Positions 1 through 6,829 of a stretch of 47,739 nucleotides of DNA are shown in pieces (the stretch's first letter is position 1; the number at the start of each line of letters is the position of its first letter). The position numbers and the translations under genes are program-made. This DNA comes from a virus (taxonomy: Duplodnaviria > Caudoviricetes): positions 1 to 47,739 of IMG/VR virus record IMGVR_UViG_3300023171_000019; one strand, 5' to 3'. Below the pieces are notes generated by a model that worked only from the letters and a program-made list of their open reading frames with translations, was not told the origin of the DNA and did not search any database.

Positions 1-2
1 CG

Positions 3-275
3 AGCGCCGGGATCGGGATCAACCTGCAATTTGGAGGGTATAACCTGGTCTGGTTCGGCCTGCCTTGGGGTTTGGAGGCGTATCAGCAGACATGTAAGCG
101 ACTACACCGCATGGGCCAGGAAAAGCGTGTTAATAATCACGTGCTGCTTTGTCCGGGCACACTGGAATACAAAGTGGCCCAGCGGCTACACGATAAAGCC
201 GTGACCCAGGACGATTTTATGGACGCAATCAAGGCTGAGGTAAGAGAATTAAAACAACTTAAACAAGTAGCGTAA
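3..275 (+). CDS. SNF2-family (SF2) helicase, C-terminal fragment (5' truncated by window edge)
   Basis: Frame open from position 3: SAGIGINLQFGGYNLVWFGLPWGLEAYQQTCKRLHRMGQ matches helicase motifs V/VI of the phage SNF2 helicases that accompany DUF2800/DUF2815/PolA modules. Confidence 0.85.
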   Translation, partial: SAGIGINLQFGGYNLVWFGLPWGLEAYQQTCKRLHRMGQEKRVNNHVLLCPGTLEYKVAQRLHDKAVTQDDFMDAIKAEVRELKQLKQVA

Positions 276-454
276 TGCCAAAAATCGGATTAGAAGAGGA
301 GAACAAGGAGCAGGAGCTGCCCAGATGCCATGACCTGGGCACGCACAAGGTTAACTGCTTTGACAACAACTGCGGCAGGGATTGCGGGTGTTGCGGAGTT
401 ATGCAGTCTGAGGAGATTTGCGATACTGAGCCAGATTTTGATCGGCTATCGTAA
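275..454 (+). CDS. Small Cys-rich hypothetical protein (59 aa, below ORF-track cutoff)
   Basis: ATG overlaps the helicase stop (TAATG); translation MPKIGLEEENKEQELPRCHDLGTHKVNCFDNNCGRDCGCCGVMQSEEICDTEPDFDRLS. Confidence 0.55.
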   Translation: MPKIGLEEENKEQELPRCHDLGTHKVNCFDNNCGRDCGCCGVMQSEEICDTEPDFDRLS

Positions 455-635
455 GCAGCGCATCGTTTTCAGCCTGGAGAAGGATCTCGACTACGCGGCT
501 AATGCGTTCGAACTTTCTCCAGCTGACACGTTTGTAGAGCACGACGGATTTATCAGCTGCGGCAGGACGGCCAGCGCCTTTTTTACGTGGCTGAGTTTCT
601 TTTTTACGGGTAGATTCTGGTTTTATAAAATCCAT
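399..635 (-). CDS. Small basic putative DNA-binding protein
   Basis: RKKGAGRP motif followed by a predicted beta strand and helix, as in small ribbon-helix-helix-like phage regulators; overlaps 275..454 convergently. Confidence 0.45.
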   Translation of the reverse strand: MDFIKPESTRKKETQPRKKGAGRPAAADKSVVLYKRVSWRKFERISRVVEILLQAENDALLTIADQNLAQYRKSPQTA

Positions 636-640
636 GAGAT

Positions 641-1264
641 ATGTTCAATGTAAGGTTTGATACTATTTTAGCTAAAAAGTTGTTTGCAGATCTGGCGAAG
701 CAGTTAGGTCCGAAGGAAACATCGAGGGCGATAGCGTCTGCGATTAACCGGGTTTCGGCCATGGGTAAAACGGCTGCGAGCAGACAGATCCGAGGGCGGT
801 ACAGGATTAAAAAAAGCCTTCTCGATTCTCGTATGGGAACTACCAAGGCCGGTGCCCGACACTTGAAAGGCACGATCTGGTCGAGTGGTAGACCCCTCCC
901 CGTTAGGCTCTTCAAATACAGACAAACCAAGAAAGGCGTTAAAGTCTCTATCCTCGGAAAGCAGAATGTCATACCTGGCGCTTTCGTCGCCACAATGCGC
1001 AACGGCCACAGAGGCGTTTTCGCGAGAGGTCGTTACCGCTCCGATGGTTTTGAGTTTAGAAAGAAGCGCCTCAGGCGGGAGATGAAGTTTCTCCAAAGCG
1101 ATAAAAAGGCAGACCTTCCGATAACTGCTTTGCATACCGTCAGTCAAGGCCCAATGTTCGCCAGCCCCGGAGTTATCGGACCCGTCATGAACCGGATCGA
1201 GGATTATTTGCCTATCAGAATTGAGCATGAGTTGAATAGGTTACTGAATAAAGTTGGTAGATAA
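641..1264 (+). CDS. Lambda gpZ-like minor tail/neck protein
   Basis: Basic 207 aa; AIASAINRVS...IRGRYRIKK, IPGAFVATMRNGHRGVFAR, LPITALH, RIEHELNRLL are typical of the gpZ family. Confidence 0.75.
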   Translation: MFNVRFDTILAKKLFADLAKQLGPKETSRAIASAINRVSAMGKTAASRQIRGRYRIKKSLLDSRMGTTKAGARHLKGTIWSSGRPLPVRLFKYRQTKKGVKVSILGKQNVIPGAFVATMRNGHRGVFARGRYRSDGFEFRKKRLRREMKFLQSDKKADLPITALHTVSQGPMFASPGVIGPVMNRIEDYLPIRIEHELNRLLNKVGR

Positions 1265-1369
1265 ATTTCTGCTTGCAATATTAAATAAAGTTATCTGTTT
1301 TTGCAAGCGCTGGAAAAAGAGGCCGAGGGGTCTTTTCTAATCTCTAAAATAATTTTACTTTTAAAACAC

Positions 1370-1645
1370 GTGGAAAATATAGATTTAAATGCGAAAGGGT
1401 TGATTCAGGAAAAAGGCTACTAAGCTAAAAACGGATTTAGTTTGAAAGCAATTATAGATTTGCTTGTGATTATCGACGAAAATAAAACTAATCGAGGTAA
1501 GAAAATCAGAATTAAAAATCATTTCGATGCTGCGCGGGAAAAGCTTGAAACGCCTTTTGAATTCCTGAACAAAACCGGCTCGTGGGAACCTTTCTATTTC
1601 GATGAAAACGGCAGTCAAATACAACCAGAGGTTTCAGCTACTTAA
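1370..1645 (+). pseudogene. Hypothetical gene with in-frame TAA (or a 67-aa ORF from TTG 1442)
   Basis: GTG at 1370 follows an AT-rich leader and is in frame with 1442..1645; single TAA at 1421-1423. Confidence 0.35.
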
Positions 1646-2026
1646 TTCCAGCCCCAGAATTCTGGCTCCGATTTTTTCACAAATTTTCCAGCTGGCCCAA
1701 ACTGCGAAACTCGACCGCGATTTGGGCCACTTTTCGTTTAAAATAATTCTGGTCGATCCCGGAAAAGTGCAAGGTTTCTTGGAATTGTGCAAGTCTCCGG
1801 ATCTGATCGTGTTCTGCGTCTGTGCCGAACAGGTATGCACAGACGTTCCCGGCAACCTGCCGATTTGTGCCCTACGGCATGTGATCGTACACCCGCTAGG
1901 GTATTGACAAGCCCAACCTATTAAAGTGTCTCAGAATCGATTTTTCCGGGTAATAGTCTACATACAAGGAAAAATCCAAGTGCCAACGGAAAAATACAAC
2001 TTCGCACGAAGCGTGTTACCAGGTAG

Positions 2027-2173
2027 CTAAAACCAGCTTTTTAAGATTGTGTTTTTAAGCACAACGAGACAGGTAAACCAAATAGTTACCAAAGCAAAGA
2101 ATATAGGGAACTGGAATATCAGATACCACAAAGCAGAACCTGCTAAGAGTACGCACACGATTAATTTTTTCAT
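2027..2173 (-). CDS. Small hydrophobic membrane peptide (48 aa), last gene of the leftward cassette
   Basis: MKKLIVCVLLAGSALWYLIFQFPIFFALVTIWFTCLVVLKNTILKSWF; ATGA overlap with the upstream ORF. Confidence 0.6.
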   Translation of the reverse strand: MKKLIVCVLLAGSALWYLIFQFPIFFALVTIWFTCLVVLKNTILKSWF

Positions 2174-2331
2174 AAAGTCTCAATGGTTAAGGATACGATT
2201 TTAAACCCGTTCTTTGCAGCTATACGGTATAAGTAGTTAATCCAGAATGAAGGGCCGTAAACAGGCCCTAACAGGCTTTTGTATCTCAAACGGCCTTTGC
2301 TATTGACATACTTAATGTGATACGTTCTCAT
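2170..2331 (-). CDS. Small basic hypothetical protein (53 aa)
   Basis: MRTYHIKYVNSKGRLRYKSLLGPVYGPSFWINYLYRIAAKNGFKIVSLTIETL; ATGA overlaps at both ends indicate translational coupling. Confidence 0.65.
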   Translation of the reverse strand: MRTYHIKYVNSKGRLRYKSLLGPVYGPSFWINYLYRIAAKNGFKIVSLTIETL

Positions 2332-2534
2332 AAGCTGTTTATGTAATTGATAAATAAAACTTCATTTTCAGAGTCCAGGTAGTTATAAAAACTGATAACG
2401 TTACTGTTGTGAACATACTTAAACTTGGAATATAAGTGACCAGCTTGCGAAGGGAACATAAGCGTAAATTCCGCGTATGAAGCTGAATTTTGAAATTTAT
2501 AAAGCTTTTGAAGGAATTCTTTTTGAGCGTCCAT
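2328..2534 (-). CDS. Hypothetical early protein
   Basis: 68-aa ORF with an AT-rich leader in the leftward array. Confidence 0.7.
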   Translation of the reverse strand: MDAQKEFLQKLYKFQNSASYAEFTLMFPSQAGHLYSKFKYVHNSNVISFYNYLDSENEVLFINYINSL

Positions 2535-2607
2535 AGCTGTAAAAAGTTAGGGTGTACAAAGAATAGCCCGATCAGCTAACCGGGCTTTAAGTGAATGAAA
2601 AGATTGA

Positions 2608-2904
2608 TTATAATTCTACATTAAACGATAGCTTAGCAGTTCCGGGACCATACGCACAAGCACAAAGATAAAAACCGTCCTTTTCTCTATCAATTACACT
2701 TTTTGTGGGAAGTCCTTTGTTTTCAGCGTATCCAGATTGATCCAATAATTTAGCATAACCGAAAGCTATATCATAACTCAAATCTATTGACCCGTCGATA
2801 ATTCCGTGCATAACAACCCCGTTATCGAATATACAATTAACTAAGGATTCGTAATTCAAACCATAATTCTGCAATTTTTGAGATATTTTATATTTAAGAT
2901 CCAT
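2608..2904 (-). CDS. Hypothetical early protein
   Basis: 98-aa ORF directly downstream of RNA motif copy 1 and a conserved leader. Confidence 0.75.
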   Translation of the reverse strand: MDLKYKISQKLQNYGLNYESLVNCIFDNGVVMHGIIDGSIDLSYDIAFGYAKLLDQSGYAENKGLPTKSVIDREKDGFYLCACAYGPGTAKLSFNVEL

Positions 2905-2923
2905 AATTTATTAAGAGTTAAAA

Positions 2924-2983
2924 TGTAAACCCCGATAGCTATTGCAGCTACCGGACGCACCGATTCCTACGGCCTTAATTACC
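2924..2983 (-). ncRNA. Structured RNA copy 1: candidate pistol-core self-cleaving ribozyme
   Basis: GGTAA TTAAG GCCG-TAGGAAT-CGGT GCG TCCGGTAGCT-GCAAT-AGCTATCGGG GT TTACA; one of three copies, with G-U pairs that work only on the minus strand. Confidence 0.7.
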
Positions 2984-3183
2984 TAATCAATTAAACACTC
3001 AAATAATAAACATACTTCTAAGTCGTCGTCTAAATAAAACACCCGACTAGGGACACCTTTTTTAATAAAGTTAATAGCGTCTAAACTATTAAAACACACT
3101 AGAGAACCAGCTGGAATTTCTTTTTCCGCCTCTTTAGAGGACTCGAATTCATTTAAAAGGATTAACAATATTTTATTTTTCAT
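2983..3183 (-). CDS. Hypothetical early protein
   Basis: 66-aa ORF with leader repeat B; its TAG stop abuts RNA copy 1. Confidence 0.7.
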   Translation of the reverse strand: MKNKILLILLNEFESSKEAEKEIPAGSLVCFNSLDAINFIKKGVPSRVFYLDDDLEVCLLFECLID

Positions 3184-3211
3184 ACAAATAAGATTTAATA
3201 ATTTTGAAGAT
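3181..3211 (-). repeat. Translation-leader repeat B (second copy at 3848-3878)
   Basis: catacaaataagatttaataattttgaagat versus catataaataagatttaataattttgaagat, 30/31 identical. Confidence 0.9.
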
Positions 3212-3219
3212 AAACGGCC

Positions 3220-3474
3220 CTAAATACCTTTGTTAAAAATATAATCATAGACAGGACATACCCTATCATACTGACTTCTATGTATTCTGAATGTATCAAA
3301 ATCGGATTCATTAGCAAGTCTTAGAGAGTCGTTAATTAAAACCGAAGTGCCTGAATTGTTGTGCGCTCCTTTTGTGTGCAAAGCAGAAATGATACTTAAA
3401 GAATCGGTATTTTCAGGATACACATAACCAAAAAGGTTTTCGTCTTGAACGCATATTTTAATTTGATCTTTCAT
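3220..3474 (-). CDS. Hypothetical early protein (true start probably ATG 3474, MKDQIK)
   Basis: The track start at 3531 lies inside RNA copy 2; ATG 3474 follows the conserved leader. Confidence 0.7.
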   Translation of the reverse strand: MKDQIKICVQDENLFGYVYPENTDSLSIISALHTKGAHNNSGTSVLINDSLRLANESDFDTFRIHRSQYDRVCPVYDYIFNKGI

Positions 3475-3491
3475 AATATTAAGAGCTAAAA

Positions 3492-3554
3492 TGTAAACCC
3501 CGATAGCTGAAAAAAAAACTACCGGACGCACCGATTTTTACGGCCCTAATTACC
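3492..3554 (-). ncRNA. Structured RNA copy 2: candidate pistol-core ribozyme
   Basis: GGTAA TTAGG GCCG-TAAAAAT-CGGT GCG TCCGGTAGTT-TTTTTTTC-AGCTATCGGG GT TTACA. Confidence 0.7.
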
Positions 3555-3850
3555 TAATCTGTAAACGATAACCAATCTTTATACCAAGCTAAATACGTTT
3601 TATGATTTCTACGTTTTAGAATCGCTATATTATCGTAACCCACTGATTTTAATTCAGCTAGTAAAGGTTCATACTGATCGGGTTTAGCTGGTTTTGTGAA
3701 GGTGTTTATGTTCCATTTACAAGCAGAATGCTGTCCAACATGTGAATAGCACGTAACACAATTAACTCCTTCTATATAATAAGGGAAAACAGCAATAACT
3801 TCACCTTTTAGAATTCTGAATTGTACAGGAGTAGTTTTAAGAGCGTCCAT
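3554..3850 (-). CDS. Conserved-type phage hypothetical protein
   Basis: 98 aa; FR...VIAVFP...CYSHVGQHS...YEPLLAELKSVGY pattern resembles small phage/plasmid proteins of unknown function. Confidence 0.75.
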   Translation of the reverse strand: MDALKTTPVQFRILKGEVIAVFPYYIEGVNCVTCYSHVGQHSACKWNINTFTKPAKPDQYEPLLAELKSVGYDNIAILKRRNHKTYLAWYKDWLSFTD

Positions 3851-3940
3851 ATAAATAAGATTTAATAATTTTGAAGATTAGGAAAATTGACGTGCCACAT
3901 GTGAACATCATATAGCCGTAAAAAGCAATGTCAGCGTAGA

Positions 3941-4192
3941 TCATACATAGTTAATGTAAAGTTCTTCACAATCACCCCAAACGTTCCGGTTAAGGGCTAT
4001 TTCAGGACGGGAAAAGGACGGGTTAAAATCACCACAGGTACAGACTGCATGCCAGTTTTCACCTACCTCTTCTGTAATACGCTTTTTAAGATGGTCTAAT
4101 TCCGCTAAATCGGAATCTTCTAAACCTGAAATGTCGTCATTAACTAATGCAACTATTAAGTTACTGTAAACTGAAAAAGAGGTAGATTTCAT
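3941..4192 (-). CDS. Acidic hypothetical early protein
   Basis: 83 aa, ALVNDDISGLEDSD motif; preceded by leader repeat A. Confidence 0.75.
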   Translation of the reverse strand: MKSTSFSVYSNLIVALVNDDISGLEDSDLAELDHLKKRITEEVGENWHAVCTCGDFNPSFSRPEIALNRNVWGDCEELYINYV

Positions 4193-4224
4193 AATTGATA
4201 GATATTAAGAGGTTGAAAATTGAT
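4190..4224 (-). repeat. Translation-leader repeat A (copy at 5795-5829; looser copies at 4824-4850, 6052-6079, 2902-2923 and 3472-3491)
   Basis: cataattgatagatattaagaggttgaaaattgat versus cataattgataaatattaagaggttgaaaattgat, 34/35 identical. Confidence 0.9.
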
Positions 4225-4826
4225 TAAGCTGCGATTGATTTGGTAAGGTAATCTATACTTTGTTTAGCTTCATTTAGAACGTAGTTTTCGTCACCGTAAA
4301 AACCGTAGCAACTATCAACATATTCGCCGTCCGCATCCTGAATTTCAAAGGCTAGTACGGTACCTCTGCAATATTGATCGTACGTTTCAATTTCGTTTTC
4401 TAATAGCTTTGCGGCTCTTTTGCAGTACCCATATTTACCAAACTCTTTTTTAGCGTCTGCTTTACTTACGAAAATAAACCCTAGCAATCCACTGTCCCAT
4501 GAACATACAAACGATCCGGTACTTAAAGCGATACCTGAGTGATCGTACATGTAGACAGGCAGTACAACATGCGTCTTTTGAAGTCTTTTTATCGACTGAT
4601 TGAGCGATACTTCATTGTTGTAAAGATAATCGTCTGAATATCCTGCTAATGATGCAAAGTATTCCTGTAAATCACTTGTCTGATCGTCACCCATAGAATA
4701 GCGTCTATGTGATGTTATGATAGTACCGAAATTATCCCATTCAGTACGTGGATTCATTGGATCGTCATCGTATCCGATTGCGATTGAATAGCCTTTGTAC
4801 TCCTGTGTAGTTATGATAGTTTCCAT
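4224..4826 (-). CDS. Conserved-type acidic phage hypothetical protein (start probably ATG 4826, METIIT)
   Basis: NPRTEWDN, LPVYMYDHSGIALS, WDSGLLGF, YDQYCRG, DSCYGFYG motifs; the track start at 4889 lies inside RNA copy 3. Confidence 0.8.
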   Translation of the reverse strand: METIITTQEYKGYSIAIGYDDDPMNPRTEWDNFGTIITSHRRYSMGDDQTSDLQEYFASLAGYSDDYLYNNEVSLNQSIKRLQKTHVVLPVYMYDHSGIALSTGSFVCSWDSGLLGFIFVSKADAKKEFGKYGYCKRAAKLLENEIETYDQYCRGTVLAFEIQDADGEYVDSCYGFYGDENYVLNEAKQSIDYLTKSIAA

Positions 4827-4850
4827 TTTGATAAGTATTAAGAGGTTGAA

Positions 4851-4911
4851 TGTAAACCCTGTCAAACGTTTTAAGCCTGACAGACGCACCGATTTGACGG
4901 CCTTAATTACC
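4851..4911 (-). ncRNA. Structured RNA copy 3: candidate pistol-core ribozyme
   Basis: GGTAA TTAAG GCCG-TCAAAT-CGGT GCG TCTGTCAGGC-TTAAAAC-GTTTGACAGG GT TTACA; the long stem differs in sequence from copies 1 and 2 but stays fully paired. Confidence 0.7.
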
Positions 4912-4912
4912 T

Positions 4913-5797
4913 TTATTTAACAGTGTATTTTAATCCGGATAATACCGGACTTTGTTCTATACAGCCAATAATTTCTGATTCTTGTAATTTTTCTCCGTAA
5001 CCCCTCCAATTAAATCCAAGCGTTTGACTGTGAGTATACCACAGGGCACTATCTAATAGTCTTTTACCTCCTAATCTGAATAGTTCTAATTTTATTTCTA
5101 GTTCTAAATTTACGGCCTCTACTTTGCTTTTGTATTCAGTTTTTAGCTTATCTATAAAAGCGTTATTTTCGGATTCACGGCGCGCATTTTTAGCAGACAA
5201 ATCGTAATAACCAGACGCAATTTTTTCTTTTTCTAAAAGTATTTTATCGTCGGACGGCATACCAAACTGATTGCGTACGCTATCAACTACAAAAGTATTC
5301 CCTGTCAACCCCTCCAGTTTTTTGATCGCTATGTCTGCCTGACTTTTCCACAAAGCAGGGACTTTAAGATCAATTAATAGTAAAGCATAATGAACTTCGC
5401 TACATGCGTTTTTCAACGTATCCCAACATTCCAGAGGTAAACGGTAGTAAGAGCAAAAAACAGCGGGAAACGCTTCACTGTTTGCAGGGCAATTAGGCAA
5501 ACCGCTTTTTAAATAGTAATAGCCGTTTACAGTTGCGTACATAGGATTCCCTAGGTAATCGCAGTTGTCTAAGTCCAAGAATATTTGAAATTCAGGCAGG
5601 TTAAGATCTCTTACAAAACCAGTACCCGAACCTAACCAATACCGATCTGTTTTTGGTTTTCCTGATTCGTAAACGTCCGCAGATATGTGAAAATCCTGAT
5701 GCCCGTTTTTACACTCATCATTTAAACGGATAGTAATGTAGTAAACTTTACCAGATTTCACTTTTGATGTTTTGTAGATTAAGCTGTTAGTTTCCAT
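4913..5797 (-). CDS. Hypothetical early protein (294 aa)
   Basis: IRLNDECKNGHQDFHISAD...NCDYLGNPMYATVNGYY; first gene after promoter 5835-5864. Confidence 0.8.
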   Translation of the reverse strand: METNSLIYKTSKVKSGKVYYITIRLNDECKNGHQDFHISADVYESGKPKTDRYWLGSGTGFVRDLNLPEFQIFLDLDNCDYLGNPMYATVNGYYYLKSGLPNCPANSEAFPAVFCSYYRLPLECWDTLKNACSEVHYALLLIDLKVPALWKSQADIAIKKLEGLTGNTFVVDSVRNQFGMPSDDKILLEKEKIASGYYDLSAKNARRESENNAFIDKLKTEYKSKVEAVNLELEIKLELFRLGGKRLLDSALWYTHSQTLGFNWRGYGEKLQESEIIGCIEQSPVLSGLKYTVK

Positions 5798-5834
5798 AAT
5801 TGATAAATATTAAGAGGTTGAAAATTGATATGTG

Positions 5835-5864
5835 CAAATGTACAAATAAACTTTATTAATGCAA
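5835..5864 (-). promoter_or_regulatory. Bacteroidota sigma-70-type promoter (leftward early promoter 2)
   Basis: Minus strand TTG-N19-TACATTTG matches the -33 TTG / -7 TAnnTTTG consensus. Confidence 0.75.
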
Positions 5865-5871
5865 GCGATAA

Positions 5872-6054
5872 TTAAAAAATAAATTTTGGTTGTGCTAGAC
5901 GATCAGAGCGCAAAGCGGACGCACACCATGTGATACTATAAGAGGCTAACTGTTTTCTAATAGATTCCGAAACGATAGTACCGCAATCCTTTTGTGCCAG
6001 GTGAGACTTAGCGTTAATAGCTTTGTTAATGTGAAGTGATTGTAAAGCTTTCAT
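5872..6054 (-). CDS. Hypothetical protein, first gene of the leftward array
   Basis: 60 aa, preceded by a leader A variant and promoter 6116-6147. Confidence 0.6.
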   Translation of the reverse strand: MKALQSLHINKAINAKSHLAQKDCGTIVSESIRKQLASYSITWCASALRSDRLAQPKFIF

Positions 6055-6115
6055 AATAGATATAATTAAGAGGTTGAAAGATTATAGCAAATAATCAGTT
6101 CCGATTTGCTTGTCA

Positions 6116-6147
6116 CAAAGATATGTAATTGTACTATTCTAATGCAA
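6116..6147 (-). promoter_or_regulatory. Bacteroidota promoter (leftward early promoter 1)
   Basis: TTG-N21-TATCTTTG; shares the GCTTGCATTA context with the 5864 promoter. Confidence 0.75.
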
Positions 6148-6264
6148 GCCTTTTACAAACATTTTTGCATGCAATAATAAAGTTCTTCATATAGTACAAT
6201 TAATTCATGGTAATATTTAATGCTTGCAGCATATTTCTTGGAATAGTGCAATGTTTTCTAAGTT

Positions 6265-6311
6265 GGGTCCTATCCCCGCCCTCAACGGCTTGCGCGGGGA
6301 GCAGCACCCCG
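6265..6311 (+). other. Lambda-like cos packaging site (cosQ plus cosN candidate)
   Basis: GGGTCCT (identical to lambda cosQ) at 6265-6271, then the dyad CGGGG-agcagca-CCCCG at 6295-6311 at near-lambda spacing; upstream of terS and a gpA-type terL. Confidence 0.65.
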
Positions 6312-6375
6312 AAACCTCTCGATACACTGATTTTTTCAAGAAGGTAAAAAGTTGCAAGCAGTAAGGCCCTGGGGC

Positions 6376-6405
6376 TTGTTTTATAAAAGGTTATCTCTAA
6401 ATTTG
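6376..6405 (+). promoter_or_regulatory. Bacteroidota promoter for the packaging operon
   Basis: TTG-N19-TAAATTTG. Confidence 0.65.
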
Positions 6406-6442
6406 TGTTGTTAAACTTTTTAGGCTTATAAACAAACTTATT

Positions 6443-6829
6443 ATGAAAAACGGTGCTATTGAGAATGTCACAGAATACCCTGAAATATGCGAAAAAACCG
6501 TAGAAAAGGCGTTTTTTGATCAAAATACCTTGCATTTTATTTTCACCGATAAATCGAGTTTTTTGATTACTCCGAAGCCTTTACCAACCACTAAATTCAG
6601 TATTTTGAAGCTGTATAACGATAACGTGTTAGATGGATCGGTAATTCAGGACGCTCACTTAGAGCAAATGACAAGCGTACCTATTTCAGGCACTGTGTTT
6701 TCTTCGGCTAATCTGCACATAATGACAGATAAAGGCTTATTTACGTATGAGATCAAGTGCGATTCAGCAACTACAAACCGCGTCGAACTTGATTGTAAAT
6801 TAACAGATCCGGGAAATGGCTTCGTATGA
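6443..6829 (+). CDS. Hypothetical protein
   Basis: 128-aa ORF with AT-rich leader, overlapping the methylase start. Confidence 0.7.
   Translation: MKNGAIENVTEYPEICEKTVEKAFFDQNTLHFIFTDKSSFLITPKPLPTTKFSILKLYNDNVLDGSVIQDAHLEQMTSVPISGTVFSSANLHIMTDKGLFTYEIKCDSATTNRVELDCKLTDPGNGFV

Noticed and set aside
2924-2983. c-di-GMP-I riboswitch-like words (GTAAAC, GGACGCA, TTACC) on the plus strand
   Set aside because: Wrong strand relative to the genes; plus-strand stems contain A-C mismatches and lack the GNRA loop and receptor.
2924-4911. Canonical hammerhead, twister or HDV ribozyme
   Set aside because: No CUGANGA/GAAA core, no twister consensus and no nested double pseudoknot; only the pistol core residues match.
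2902-6079. CRISPR array or integron attC sites as the explanation for the intergenic repeats
   Set aside because: The repeats are separated by whole genes of variable length, and no cas1/cas2 or integron integrase is present. The G-U strand bias and invariant junction bases point to an RNA structure.
6200-6535. Minus-strand 111-aa ORF across the cos region
   Set aside because: It overlaps the cos candidate, a promoter and the 6443 gene, and has no protein-like features.
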